Shown piece by piece: positions 28,567 through 38,501 of a DNA stretch of 59,910 bases (the stretch's first letter is position 1; every line of letters begins with the position of its first letter). The notes beneath the pieces are model-generated. The model searched no databases. It had not been told where the DNA came from and was given only the letters and a program-made list of their open reading frames with translations. The stretch spans positions 1-59,910 of the forward strand of contig CAXXVK010000029.1 in NCBI GenBank assembly GCA_963676915.2, in the 5' to 3' direction. The DNA comes from Myxococcota bacterium (GTDB taxonomy: Bacteria > Myxococcota_A > SURF-8 > G963663525). A program made the position numbers and the translations under genes.

Positions 28567-29451
28567 TTAAGTGCTCGCTGTAGATCTGAAATATCCATAA
28601 CCCGAACTGCTTTTACCACCTACGCCATAGTTCATCAGGGCCTTTTCCAGGATGCCTTTGGCGTTAGTCAACAAGGTTCTTTGACGCTCCACAGGTACCC
28701 AGTCAGATGTTCGAAGCCCGAATACAAAGGGAACTCCTTTGCAGACCGTCAAAAAGGGCACAGGATTAGGCTCATCCGATTCTTTAGGCGACTGACCGCC
28801 ATTACTGCTGTAATATTTCATATGGTGATTGGTAAGAACATCGACGGTCAATAGTTTACGACTAATGTCCTTGGGCCAAGCATCGAGAAATATTACGCTC
28901 CCTTCGGAGCCTTGCTTGCGATTGCCTTTCGCATCGATAAAAGGCGGAAAGCCAAAAATCTCTTTCCATGAGGCTTTGTCAGCATATTCTGGATGGTCCG
29001 CCCCCCAATGCGCTGCTAGACCTTTCAGCGAGGCACCGAGAAGAACCGGAAAACCGTAGAGAGGATGTAGGGTCAAGTGGGTTTCAATTACAGAAGACTC
29101 ACCCATACCCGTAACAAGCCGGCAAGCGGTTTCCAAAGAAAAAACGTACGCATCTTTATAATAACGTCTGAGTCTAACAGAATGTAACTTTCTTTGGTTA
29201 TATGCACTTTGGTTTCCTGTAAACTCAACCTGTTCAATCCCCATTTGTTTGGCACTTTTCGCAACTGGCCTTCCAAGAACTTCATCGGTAAATACAAGAT
29301 ATTTGTCCATTAAAAGGCCAGGATTTGCGTAGTTAGCTATCTGACGTAACAATTTCAGTTCCAACGACACAATTTTGCCATTATGATGTCCTACGGTATG
29401 AGGCAAATCTTCCACCCCTTGGCAACCATACAGCACATTACTAATCTCCAT
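28567..29451 (-). CDS. cmr6: Type III-B RAMP Cmr6
   Basis: RLVTGMGESSVIETHLTLHPLYGFPVLLGASLKG, FLDAWP, VDVLTNHHMKYY, PNPVPFLTV, GVGGKSSSGYG. Confidence 0.95.
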   Translation of the reverse strand: MEISNVLYGCQGVEDLPHTVGHHNGKIVSLELKLLRQIANYANPGLLMDKYLVFTDEVLGRPVAKSAKQMGIEQVEFTGNQSAYNQRKLHSVRLRRYYKDAYVFSLETACRLVTGMGESSVIETHLTLHPLYGFPVLLGASLKGLAAHWGADHPEYADKASWKEIFGFPPFIDAKGNRKQGSEGSVIFLDAWPKDISRKLLTVDVLTNHHMKYYSSNGGQSPKESDEPNPVPFLTVCKGVPFVFGLRTSDWVPVERQRTLLTNAKGILEKALMNYGVGGKSSSGYGYFRSTAST

Positions 29452-30007
29452 AGGCTTGTCCTTTCACTGTCTGACCATTCTCACCTGCTTGACCGTCGGT
29501 CTTTTTAAACGTAGCTTCAGAAAACAACTTTAACCAAGTCAACAGCTTCTGGCATTGCATGGTTGCATGCATCAGAAATATAGGATCACTATCAAGAATC
29601 GCGTTCATCATACTTTTTACGGATTGTGAGGAATCTTTATCCAAAACGCCACAATCCATTTCCCCGCGATTTACGCAACAATCCAGATAATGTAGAATCT
29701 GAGTTGCCACCAATTCACGGGACTCTTTCTTGGCCATCATGAAAGCCAGCGCCTGAGCCAATCCGGCGCGATGAATCAGCAGGGGTGCTTCACGCACAGA
29801 TGCGAAATAACTTTCTCCCATCTCACCAATCACTTTTGCTTTCCGACTGTCCGTGACTTCTTTATCTAACCATTTGATAGTGAAATTTCTCTTAGAACTT
29901 TTTAAAATCAATGTTCTTCCACTGATATCCGCCCCTGAAATCTGCTGAACAAGACCTAAAGCACATCGTGCCCTTAAATGATCTGCCGATTGAATGCTCA
30001 CACTCAT
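29441..30007 (-). CDS. cmr5: Type III-B small subunit Cmr5
   Basis: HLRARCAL..Y..VREAPLLIHRAGLAQALAFMMAK..WLKLFSEA; lies between cmr4 and cmr6. Confidence 0.88.
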   Translation of the reverse strand: MSVSIQSADHLRARCALGLVQQISGADISGRTLILKSSKRNFTIKWLDKEVTDSRKAKVIGEMGESYFASVREAPLLIHRAGLAQALAFMMAKKESRELVATQILHYLDCCVNRGEMDCGVLDKDSSQSVKSMMNAILDSDPIFLMHATMQCQKLLTWLKLFSEATFKKTDGQAGENGQTVKGQAYGD

Positions 30008-30969
30008 GACTGCACCTCGTATTTCTTGTTTTGTGATATTGCGTCACCGTGCAGTGCGAAAGTGACAATCCCTTTCCCTGTTGTTTCATCACCACCGACC
30101 TGCAGTCGCTCATCGGTGATAATTTCTTTGAAGGCATCGAATACATCATTGGCAGAGGCATAAGGATCTTTTTTAAAGGGGCATCGTGCCTGGAAAGGAA
30201 TGAACATGAGACTTTCTTGTGGAAGGTATTCGCTGTATCTCAGGCTGCCCTCTTCCGTCACACCATTTTTGCCTATGCGGATATTAGCCTGGATCTCCGT
30301 CCCAAACCGGGTAAAGTAGGTAAACATTGTATCGCTGACCACAACAAGACGATCGGTGAAGTCTTTCAACATGGAATCATCATCTGAATAGACAACATTA
30401 CCGATCAGATCTCCGAACTCTTTGAATGCTGGATTTTCGGACTTATAAGCCTTCAATGGATACTCTTCTAAAAAGACTTTACCCTTATAGGCAAGTAGAT
30501 TTTCACTAGCTGAAGTGACCAACACATGATCCTGATGTGTTGCTAGATCCCTCGTGATCTTCATGAGGGGGTCGATCATATCAATCGGGTGGGTATATTG
30601 CTTGGCGAACTGTTGCAAGCGTCTGAGAACCATGGGACAGGTAAGCAACGCGTACCCACCTACTAAAGACCTAATGGGCATAGTAAAGAGATAGGCATCC
30701 ACAAAATCAAGAAACCCGATATTTTTATCCCCCGTATTATCCATAGTCCCAAAAAGGATATTGAGTTTGTGTTCACATTGTGTGCTTGTCTCCCATTTAG
30801 TCTTGCAGTGTGCCCGAAAAACGCCTTTAAGACTACTGGACTGGACAAAGGGCAACCCGGTATGACGTTCCCGAATGATCGGACGATCGATGTAATCTAC
30901 AGTTTCACCCGCACCGTTATGCAGGGGAGTAATGCAACTCATCCAAAGCATTCCACTTTTTGCCAGCAT
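30004..30969 (-). CDS. cmr4: Type III-B RAMP Cmr4 (target RNA cleavage backbone)
   Basis: TPLHNGAG..IDRPIIRERHTGLPFVQSSSLKG, PIRSL, LRYSEYLP, QVGGDETTGKG. Confidence 0.96.
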   Translation of the reverse strand: MLAKSGMLWMSCITPLHNGAGETVDYIDRPIIRERHTGLPFVQSSSLKGVFRAHCKTKWETSTQCEHKLNILFGTMDNTGDKNIGFLDFVDAYLFTMPIRSLVGGYALLTCPMVLRRLQQFAKQYTHPIDMIDPLMKITRDLATHQDHVLVTSASENLLAYKGKVFLEEYPLKAYKSENPAFKEFGDLIGNVVYSDDDSMLKDFTDRLVVVSDTMFTYFTRFGTEIQANIRIGKNGVTEEGSLRYSEYLPQESLMFIPFQARCPFKKDPYASANDVFDAFKEIITDERLQVGGDETTGKGIVTFALHGDAISQNKKYEVQS

Positions 30970-30971
30970 AG

Positions 30972-32126
30972 TTAACTCCTTTGTTGTTCCCAGGAACCTA
31001 TCAGCGTTTGGCCGAAACCGGCACGTTGAAGTCCCGAACTACCATCAGAAACGGATTTGTTTAAAAGGTAGCAATCAACCAGATCATCAACGATCTGGTT
31101 GTCATCGATTTCGTAGAAATAAACAGACCCAGCCGGTGCAAGTCTGCGCAAAGCCTTAGCTCTACCTTTGGCATAATCCCAACCAGCCATATGGGTAGAC
31201 TTCTGAAGAGCGGCTCCTATTGGATAAAGTCCGAACATTTTATCCGGCGATGGAAACCATCCCTTGTCGAAGATTGACGGCGTGGCCAAGTAAATGAAAA
31301 ATCGACCCGAATCGTTTATGCTTTTCTTTATCTTCTTCGCAACATCACTTGAAAGCCCTGACCATGCTTCATGTTGAATCGACACCATGTGGTGCTTCCC
31401 ACCGATTGGGAAGTTTTTATAATGCGCAACAGTGGATAAATCCATACCTGTAACCATGGCCGCATAGGAGGAATCATCTGACTTAAAGCGTCTTGTGTTG
31501 ACTTGGTAGAGGCGTTCATCTTTCACAGTATGACTCTGTTCTTCGCGTTCGTGCCCATACCTAGGTTCGGAAATCCAGATCTCCGATTCGGGCAACACGC
31601 TTAAAGAACAAAGCCCAGGGGACATGTTTAGGCAAAGTTCAAGCAATTTATTGAGTGAAATCCAACTTTTCTCTGCTTTCACCTCATCACGTTTTTCGTC
31701 GGTCAGGATAGGACGTATGTTGGTGGTGCCTAAGTCGTTAAGTATGGAGTTCTCACCAGGAACGCCCAAAGTATAGGTGCCATCTTCGTTTTGAAACAGA
31801 TTGGTGGGCGCCTGAAAATATAGCCGATTAGACAAATATAAAAATGGCCCTTTTATACTCAACGTCCCTTTAACGGGTTCAGGCGTCGCTTCACCTATGA
31901 TGTCAACAAGTGGTGCGACTGTGTCGCTTAATTTTTCAGATCTGCTTTGCTTGACATAATCCGATGGCTCGACACCCGATGAGTGAAGAATCAGGCTGCG
32001 AATCGCTCCGAAAAATACTGAAGGCAACGGATAGATTCCGTCCAATATACTGCCGAGTTCGGCAGATCTAAGGTCTCTGAAAAATAGGACATCATTGGGA
32101 TGAAAAGTCATTAATTCGATTGTCAT
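30972..32126 (-). CDS. cmr3: Type III-B Cmr3
   Basis: PNDVLFFRD, PLPSVFFGAIRS, KGPFL, PIGGKHH, YLATPSIF, GWDY, PAGSVYFY, GFG. Confidence 0.95.
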   Translation of the reverse strand: MTIELMTFHPNDVLFFRDLRSAELGSILDGIYPLPSVFFGAIRSLILHSSGVEPSDYVKQSRSEKLSDTVAPLVDIIGEATPEPVKGTLSIKGPFLYLSNRLYFQAPTNLFQNEDGTYTLGVPGENSILNDLGTTNIRPILTDEKRDEVKAEKSWISLNKLLELCLNMSPGLCSLSVLPESEIWISEPRYGHEREEQSHTVKDERLYQVNTRRFKSDDSSYAAMVTGMDLSTVAHYKNFPIGGKHHMVSIQHEAWSGLSSDVAKKIKKSINDSGRFFIYLATPSIFDKGWFPSPDKMFGLYPIGAALQKSTHMAGWDYAKGRAKALRRLAPAGSVYFYEIDDNQIVDDLVDCYLLNKSVSDGSSGLQRAGFGQTLIGSWEQQRS

Positions 32127-33883
32127 CGGTCACCTGCCTCTCTGGCAATGACGGCTAATCCATGAAGAGCGTGAAGAACATTATCCAATGCCGTGCGATC
32201 CCCCGGTGGATGATATTTTGCTAATTGTACCAAGCCGTCATGAATGGCTTGTTTGGCTTCCTCTTCAGCATTCGAATCAAGGCATTGCCTCTGTATAAGG
32301 ACCGATAATACCGCACTGAACATTTCTGGTTCCAAGCGACCTTTATTCGAACAAATCAAGGCAAGTTCAGATAACCTGTAGAGAAAACGTGATGAAAGCA
32401 TAGGACTAGAACCACTAATGGCCGAGAGGATTTTTTTGCAGATATCAGTCCACTCATGGCTGTTAGTGGTGTTCCATGAGTGTCCGAAGGTGCTACTTCC
32501 TCCTGATGACTGAAGAACCGTAGTCACCAACGCATTGCGTTTGAACGTCTTTTTCGCATGGTTGGCACTTTCATAAGCAACCGAAACAGCGAGTCTAAGC
32601 GGTTGGTGAATAGGCAGAAAAACAAGAGCACCAGAAATTGTGGGGCTTTGATTCTTGGCATTGCTACAGAACTCTAACTTTTCGGCAAATGTTTTTTTCA
32701 GCTTACTGACGGCCGAGAAAACGTGCTCAGCAGGCAATAAAGCGAACAGATCATCCCCACCGGCATAAACAAGTTGGCCACCGTTCTCTGTAATAATTGT
32801 ATCAAATGCTTTAGCGATGATCGAAAGGCTTTGGCTAAATGTTTTACAATAGTCAACATAGGAGTTGTTTTTGTCGGCATACCCATCACCACCAATCCAC
32901 TTCCCGATATGATCGCCATCGAAAATCACCAAGCAATAATATTTTGATGGTGAACAGGGAAAAGCTTTTAAAAACCCTTTTTGAGCCATCAATAAAGCAT
33001 TGTAAGATTGCTTCTTACTCTCGACTATTTTTCCATCCGTGGTCAGGAGGGGCGAAATGATGTCTTCCAGACCAGACTCGTAAAACAGCGAACAGTGTTT
33101 TTTCTCCAAATCCAACCACGAGTCAGGCAGATTTACAACGGCAAGTTCGCGCTCGATCGTTTTTTTAAATTCTTTCCAATGTTTTTCAATTGAGGATTTT
33201 TCATCATCTGATGCTGTTTTAATCTCTTCCCTGAAATGAAATGAAGCCAATTCGGCGGCTGTTTTAATTGAATTTCCAAGCTTTAACATCCTCTTGCCGG
33301 TACAAACCGAACACAAACGCTCACGCTTTCTAAAACGCACATCAGATTTAAATAAGTGCTGCCAGTTAAGATCGGCAACTGGCCGCAAGCCGCATTGAGT
33401 GCATTTTTCCCCTGCTAAATGACCTGGAATTGACGAAAACTCTCTGGTCCTTTTCCTGGCTTCAAAGAGTCTGTCCAGATTTTGGATATCTTCTTGTCTT
33501 AGAGAATCATTTTCACTTAATTGCTGAGCCACCCAGCGAATAGTAAACAGGTCGTCAAACCAAAAATCATCCCCATCACGATATTGAAACGCGGAACTCA
33601 AGGATGTCTTCCATGACCTCCTTGCTGCTTCTTCCACTTGATGCACAATAGTACTTAGCTGTTCTTGCAAAAGATTAAGTATGCCCACGAAATAATTGGG
33701 ATGATGCTGATTGTCATTTGCAGGATAGAGAATATCTCCCGAATGCTTCATAAATTCCAGGCGTGCAGCATAAATAGCATTGACTAACATAGAAGAAGCC
33801 GAGCAGAGGTCCCTTGTACGTCCAGCTTGTACGATAAATTCTTGAACGGGGGAGATGGAAAGTTTTATTAGAAATCGTGCCAT
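32123..33883 (-). CDS. cmr2: Cas10/Cmr2 without HD domain, intact Palm cyclase motif
   Basis: SISPVQEFIVQAGRTRDLCSAS at the N-terminus (no HD domain), Zn finger CTQCG..CSVC, DGDHIGKWI, YAGGDDLFA. Confidence 0.96.
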   Translation of the reverse strand: MARFLIKLSISPVQEFIVQAGRTRDLCSASSMLVNAIYAARLEFMKHSGDILYPANDNQHHPNYFVGILNLLQEQLSTIVHQVEEAARRSWKTSLSSAFQYRDGDDFWFDDLFTIRWVAQQLSENDSLRQEDIQNLDRLFEARKRTREFSSIPGHLAGEKCTQCGLRPVADLNWQHLFKSDVRFRKRERLCSVCTGKRMLKLGNSIKTAAELASFHFREEIKTASDDEKSSIEKHWKEFKKTIERELAVVNLPDSWLDLEKKHCSLFYESGLEDIISPLLTTDGKIVESKKQSYNALLMAQKGFLKAFPCSPSKYYCLVIFDGDHIGKWIGGDGYADKNNSYVDYCKTFSQSLSIIAKAFDTIITENGGQLVYAGGDDLFALLPAEHVFSAVSKLKKTFAEKLEFCSNAKNQSPTISGALVFLPIHQPLRLAVSVAYESANHAKKTFKRNALVTTVLQSSGGSSTFGHSWNTTNSHEWTDICKKILSAISGSSPMLSSRFLYRLSELALICSNKGRLEPEMFSAVLSVLIQRQCLDSNAEEEAKQAIHDGLVQLAKYHPPGDRTALDNVLHALHGLAVIAREAGDR

Positions 33884-34875
33884 ACTAAATCCTCTTTTGA
33901 TAATGGTTCAAAGCCAAGATCTTTTAATAACATGCCTACAAGAGGAAGCCTTAAAGGATCAAGTGGCGAGGAAGTAATTAATTTTTTATTGACAATTGGT
34001 GGAGACCAGATGGCCACTGGCACAACCATATTATTGTTTACTGGAGTTAATCGAATCGCAAGCGGTGAAGCAAGGCGTTTTCTCTCATCACCGAGTAGAT
34101 TTCGAAATACATCGTAATTCTTATTTTTCAAGAATGAGCATTTCGACATAATCACTTCAATAGCCCCTCGAGAATTAGATATATTGGGTCTATTCAATTC
34201 ACGGCCTACAAAAACATGCTTTGGTGATGCCACATGAAAAATGCTTGATGCACGAGGTTTTGCAGTGTGAGACTTATTGCCAAGAAAGACTGAGATTAGC
34301 CTCTGAGATTGCAACAAGCTAGATTTGAGCTGAATTAATAGTTGATCACGAGTAATATTTTCTTCACATACAGGAAAGTCATCAAATTCTTGTTTCTCTG
34401 TAGTCTGGAGGTTTGTTATCGCAATCGAACCAGCTCCACGACGTCCCCGCCTGCCGAGAGAGCCAAAATTACCCCACATCCAGATGCTTGCAATAAAAGC
34501 ATTAAGCCATTCTCTAGTTGGTACATCCAAAATTTGAAATTCAATTTTAGCATTTAGTCCAGCTGGATAAGCCTTTAAAGGAAACTTTCGTTTAGGAACA
34601 ACTCGCGTATCTGTCGCCACCCATGAATCTTCGTCAATTAGCTTAATACGCATCCGAAAAGTCATCTTTTCTGTGCTACCAAAAAGCTTTTCTTCTTCTA
34701 TAAATAATGGCTCGCTTTCAAAATCCAACAAAGGAGTTGCTATTGCACGAAACCAATGCCGCAATTGTCCTCGAACTGAGGAACCACGAATTCCATCAGG
34801 ATCGGTTTTATTGGCTCCACCAATAAAAAGCGGGCTGACAAATTTAAAGTTGCAAGTGAGAATTTGCTGAACCAT
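33868..34875 (-). CDS. cmr1: Type III-B RAMP Cmr1
   Basis: FVSPLFIGGA..IRGSSVRGQLRHWFRA, EEKLFGST, FGSLGRRGRRGAGS, RLASPL; RBS GGAGAG before ATG 34875. Confidence 0.94.
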   Translation of the reverse strand: MVQQILTCNFKFVSPLFIGGANKTDPDGIRGSSVRGQLRHWFRAIATPLLDFESEPLFIEEEKLFGSTEKMTFRMRIKLIDEDSWVATDTRVVPKRKFPLKAYPAGLNAKIEFQILDVPTREWLNAFIASIWMWGNFGSLGRRGRRGAGSIAITNLQTTEKQEFDDFPVCEENITRDQLLIQLKSSLLQSQRLISVFLGNKSHTAKPRASSIFHVASPKHVFVGRELNRPNISNSRGAIEVIMSKCSFLKNKNYDVFRNLLGDERKRLASPLAIRLTPVNNNMVVPVAIWSPPIVNKKLITSSPLDPLRLPLVGMLLKDLGFEPLSKEDLVWHDF

Positions 34876-35151
34876 ATCAATCTCTCCAGCAATTGTTATT
34901 TTCGTGATTTCAATACTCTTATAAAAAACATACCAATACAAATCAAATAAATAAATCCAGAAATATCCAATTATTCCAAAAATTAACCCAGCGCGAGACA
35001 TTATAAATCGTTAATAGCAAAAACCATATAGATTAATTGATATTCTGCTAAATCATAAAAAAGAATTATAGATACACTTGCCAATTTCCCTTCAAGCGCC
35101 TTTTGTAGTATAAAAAGAAATCGAATCAATCAGATTTTGGAGCTTGTGCCC

Positions 35152-36240
35152 ATGACCCGCTTTTCTCAATATTTTCGACCCTTTGCCACCCTGACCCCGA
35201 TCATCCTTACCATCTTTCTCCTCCTGCCAATCCTCCTCCTCCCCACCGGTTGCGAGGATGACGGCGTAACCTTCAGCCCGTTGACCGACATTGATGTAGA
35301 GACCGAAACTGACGCCCCTGGGGATTATGACCAAGCCGACGTTACCGACATCCCGGAAGATTCTGATTCCACTGATTCGGACAACGACACCGACAGCTTA
35401 GACCAAACCGACATCGAAGGTACTGATTCCGACAACGAAGGTGCCGATTCCGACCGCATCGAGGTCGACCCGAACGACCCCTGCGGTCGTGAGATTTTCA
35501 ATCATCCGAATCCCTGTACCGAGCTAAACAAAACCGTCTGCATTCCCGATGGAGAAACCTATACCTGTCGCTGCGAGCCGGGCTATGTCGAAAATTCCTC
35601 GGGGAATTGTAGCCTGACCAATCCCTGCGAAATCGACCAAACTTGCTATGATGATCACCATCTCTGTCTGATTCAGGGTGGTGAGGCCACCTGTGGGGAT
35701 TGCTTGTACGGCTACCACGAGGAAAATGACGAATGCGTGCCCGACGTACATCCGGATGGGAACCCGATCTGGTCCGATGCCGGTACCGGGCTGGATTGGC
35801 AGGCCGTCCCCCCGGAAAGTGAAATGACCTGGGATTGGGCGGTCAACTATTGCGACGGATTGGATCTGGGAGGTTTTACCGACTGGCGCTTGCCGAATAT
35901 CACCGAGTTGCGCACGTTGTTGCGGGATTGCTGGACGGTTTCGGCCTATAGCGATGCCTGCCCTGTCCACGATGTGTGTTCCCACTGCGGGCCGTTCCCC
36001 TTCGATGCTTGTTTGGAGGTGGAGTGCAAAATTATGGAATTTTGTGGAAAATGCAGAAATGGAAGTGCATTTCCCGAGGATTTACCAGGAGCAGATGATG
36101 GCTATTGGTGGTCGTCCTCGGAAACCTCTTGGGGAGGAAACAATACAAGTGCATGGGAATTGAATTATCAAGGAACAATCGGGCATAATAATAAACTATC
36201 TTCTAGCACAAAAATTCGTTGTGTCCGTGGCCCCAACTAA
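35152..36240 (+). CDS. Lipoprotein with acidic linker, EGF-like Cys repeats and DUF1566 (Lcl-type C-lectin fold) domain
   Basis: Lipobox PTGC; DAGTGLDWQ, MTWDWAVNYC, GGFTDWRLPNITELRTL, YWWSSS, AW, IRCVR. Confidence 0.85.
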   Translation: MTRFSQYFRPFATLTPIILTIFLLLPILLLPTGCEDDGVTFSPLTDIDVETETDAPGDYDQADVTDIPEDSDSTDSDNDTDSLDQTDIEGTDSDNEGADSDRIEVDPNDPCGREIFNHPNPCTELNKTVCIPDGETYTCRCEPGYVENSSGNCSLTNPCEIDQTCYDDHHLCLIQGGEATCGDCLYGYHEENDECVPDVHPDGNPIWSDAGTGLDWQAVPPESEMTWDWAVNYCDGLDLGGFTDWRLPNITELRTLLRDCWTVSAYSDACPVHDVCSHCGPFPFDACLEVECKIMEFCGKCRNGSAFPEDLPGADDGYWWSSSETSWGGNNTSAWELNYQGTIGHNNKLSSSTKIRCVRGPN

Positions 36241-36242
36241 AA

Positions 36243-36268
36243 ACGCTCTCCCGTTTTCAGGAGAGCGT
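36243..36268. terminator. Hairpin between convergent genes
   Basis: ACGCTCTCC-cgttttca-GGAGAGCGT. Confidence 0.5.
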
Positions 36269-36294
36269 CACAATCCAACCCATTGAAAGCTTTT

Positions 36295-37893
36295 CTAGAC
36301 GAGCAATTTCTTACGCCGATAAATCACCTTCAGTCCTTTAAGGCATAAATGACCAGCATCCCAGCTTTCCGGTGATCCACTCCCTTCCCAGGCCATTTTG
36401 TCACCGATCCAAACACGCCAAAAGTCGGAATCTTCCATACTTTGCGGAACGGGATCGTGGCTAGGATCGTCAGTGACCATTGCGGTTACCAGTTGATCTC
36501 TTGTTCCATAGTTGATTAACTTCAAGCCGGTATTTTCGACAGTCTGGTCATTTCCACGTGCCTGTTCTTCGTCTGCCAAATCGACCGAAAAGTTGCTCTT
36601 TAGCACCCGAACATCCACCATATGATCGTTGGTATCCGTATTCTGCATGGCCGCACCAACACTCACAATCTCCGCACCGGGGATATTGGGAATGGGGATA
36701 GACACCGACCGGTTGTTGACGCCAACCCGAAGGGCACCGTGATCGCAGCAGAAATCCCACCCTCCATCTGAAGGGGCTGCGCAGGGAGGCACCATTCGCC
36801 GAAAATACACATAATCGTCGAAAGCCACGTCCTCGGCGTCGTCGGCATCCAACGTGACTTTGCCCTGGAAAGTCACATCCCCGGAAAACGTATCACCGGA
36901 TTTCAAGGCCCGATCGTTCAGACCACCGACTACAGCCGCCAACGCCTCCTGAGCGCTGCCCGCATCCAACGAAAACGGCGAGCCGGTCACCGCTCCGGCC
37001 ATGATCGCCGAAAGAAGATGCGCACCTCCCGTGTCGTTCAAATGATCGTCCACATAGGACTGAAGAGCCACGATCGCATTCGCACGATCTGTCGCTTCCT
37101 GAATAACGGCATCGGCATTGCTTTTGACGGTTTGGTCCGTTCGTCCTTCGCCGGCCAACTCCGCCAGGGCCGCTTCCACCTCTCCTGCTTCGAAACGTTC
37201 GGCGCTGTCCGTCAAGGGGATCGCCGAGGCAGCGTGGGCCGTCATCGTGTCGTTCACATGCTCGGAAAGCTGTCGAATTCCGCTACCATCGAGCGTCAAC
37301 GACGGAACGTTCAATTCCACCAGGGCACCATCGGACACTGTTCCGCTTTCCACCACGAAGATTTTCAGGGCGTTGTCGTCGTCCCGATCGTAACGGGCCA
37401 GGATCGAGGACTGGTCTCCGCAGACCACATGATAGCCGTCCCCTTCCTGGCGAAGATTGCGCATCCACAGCGGGGCGGACGCATGGAAGACATAGGACCA
37501 GGTCGTTTCTCCCGGTCGCATCAAACCGTAAGCCAACAGGATGTTGTGCTCGGGCAATTCGGGAATCGGCGGGTTCAGGTCTTCCGAGGGTGTGCCTTGA
37601 ACCACTTCGAATCGCGCTGGCGGGTTCGGCCAGGCTTCGAGATACTGATGGCGGCAGACAATCAGGTCGTAGCGATTCATTGTCGCATGACCGGGAGGCA
37701 CTTCTACGGTCGTTCCAACCGTTTCTTCGATGCGGACGCCATCGTTAGTCAACAAAACGCCAGGACCGACGGCTCCGTCCGGTTGGACACGGAAGCCGGA
37801 ATAGATCCCGGCAGGCAATGTGTCGATGAAGCGTCGGTTTTCTCCTCGGGGGTCCAAAGGAGCACGGTAGTCGATGTCGCGGATCTGTGTCAT
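36295..37893 (-). CDS. Phage tail fibre/distal structural protein
   Basis: Follows baseplate genes; N-term RYDLIVCRH..VVQGTPS..PPIPELP typical of fibre attachment domains; repeated HxASAI...EAALAEL motifs; KSGDTFSGDVTF. Confidence 0.7.
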   Translation of the reverse strand: MTQIRDIDYRAPLDPRGENRRFIDTLPAGIYSGFRVQPDGAVGPGVLLTNDGVRIEETVGTTVEVPPGHATMNRYDLIVCRHQYLEAWPNPPARFEVVQGTPSEDLNPPIPELPEHNILLAYGLMRPGETTWSYVFHASAPLWMRNLRQEGDGYHVVCGDQSSILARYDRDDDNALKIFVVESGTVSDGALVELNVPSLTLDGSGIRQLSEHVNDTMTAHAASAIPLTDSAERFEAGEVEAALAELAGEGRTDQTVKSNADAVIQEATDRANAIVALQSYVDDHLNDTGGAHLLSAIMAGAVTGSPFSLDAGSAQEALAAVVGGLNDRALKSGDTFSGDVTFQGKVTLDADDAEDVAFDDYVYFRRMVPPCAAPSDGGWDFCCDHGALRVGVNNRSVSIPIPNIPGAEIVSVGAAMQNTDTNDHMVDVRVLKSNFSVDLADEEQARGNDQTVENTGLKLINYGTRDQLVTAMVTDDPSHDPVPQSMEDSDFWRVWIGDKMAWEGSGSPESWDAGHLCLKGLKVIYRRKKLLV

Positions 37894-37916
37894 GGATTTT
37901 TCCTTTCCATAAGGGG

Positions 37917-38501
37917 TTATGAGTGGATCCACTCGTTCCAAACGCCCTGATTCCGATCGGGTTCCTCGTTCCAACAACGGGGAGCCAATTCCGATTCGAC
38001 CAGGGCCAACGTATGAGCCGGTTTCAATTTGCGTAGGGTTCTGTAAAAAACGGTCCAGTCCGAGATCAAGCCATCCCAAGCGGTGATCTTCACGACGAAA
38101 TAGGACCAGTAGGGGGTGCCTTTGTAGGGTTCGAGTACTTCCACCGTGTAGCCAATGTCAGCCAGTCCCTGAGTAATACCTGGGATGGTCCCGGCCCGAT
38201 GCTGGACCGTAAAGGCGTTGAGAACACGGACACGAAAATCTTCGTCGGTCTCGCCATCACGACGAACGAGATGGCGCAGGCGTGCCAGACGATCGAGATA
38301 GGTACCGGTGGCGGTAACAGCCATGGTTTCGGGGCAAGTGAGGGCAAGGGTTTCGCGCACATCGTCGAATTCCTCGCCCAGAATGTCGCAGATTTTCCCC
38401 AATAGTGCGCTTACCCGCTCCTTTTTCTTCATGAAGCCGGGCAATAGATACCAGAGATAATCGGCGATTTTCAGGACAGTCAGTGCGGTTCGGCTACTCA
38501 T
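37917..38501 (-). CDS. Phage tail protein I/baseplate wedge-like
   Basis: TATGTYLDRLA..RRDGETDEDFRVR..GTIPGI..LRKLKPAHT; directly after baseplate J. Confidence 0.8.
   Translation of the reverse strand: MSSRTALTVLKIADYLWYLLPGFMKKKERVSALLGKICDILGEEFDDVRETLALTCPETMAVTATGTYLDRLARLRHLVRRDGETDEDFRVRVLNAFTVQHRAGTIPGITQGLADIGYTVEVLEPYKGTPYWSYFVVKITAWDGLISDWTVFYRTLRKLKPAHTLALVESELAPRCWNEEPDRNQGVWNEWIHS

Noticed and set aside
10499-36240. Diversity-generating retroelement acting on the FGE-sulfatase or DUF1566 genes
   Set aside because: I found no template repeat or DGR-type RT in the window; action in trans is not excluded.
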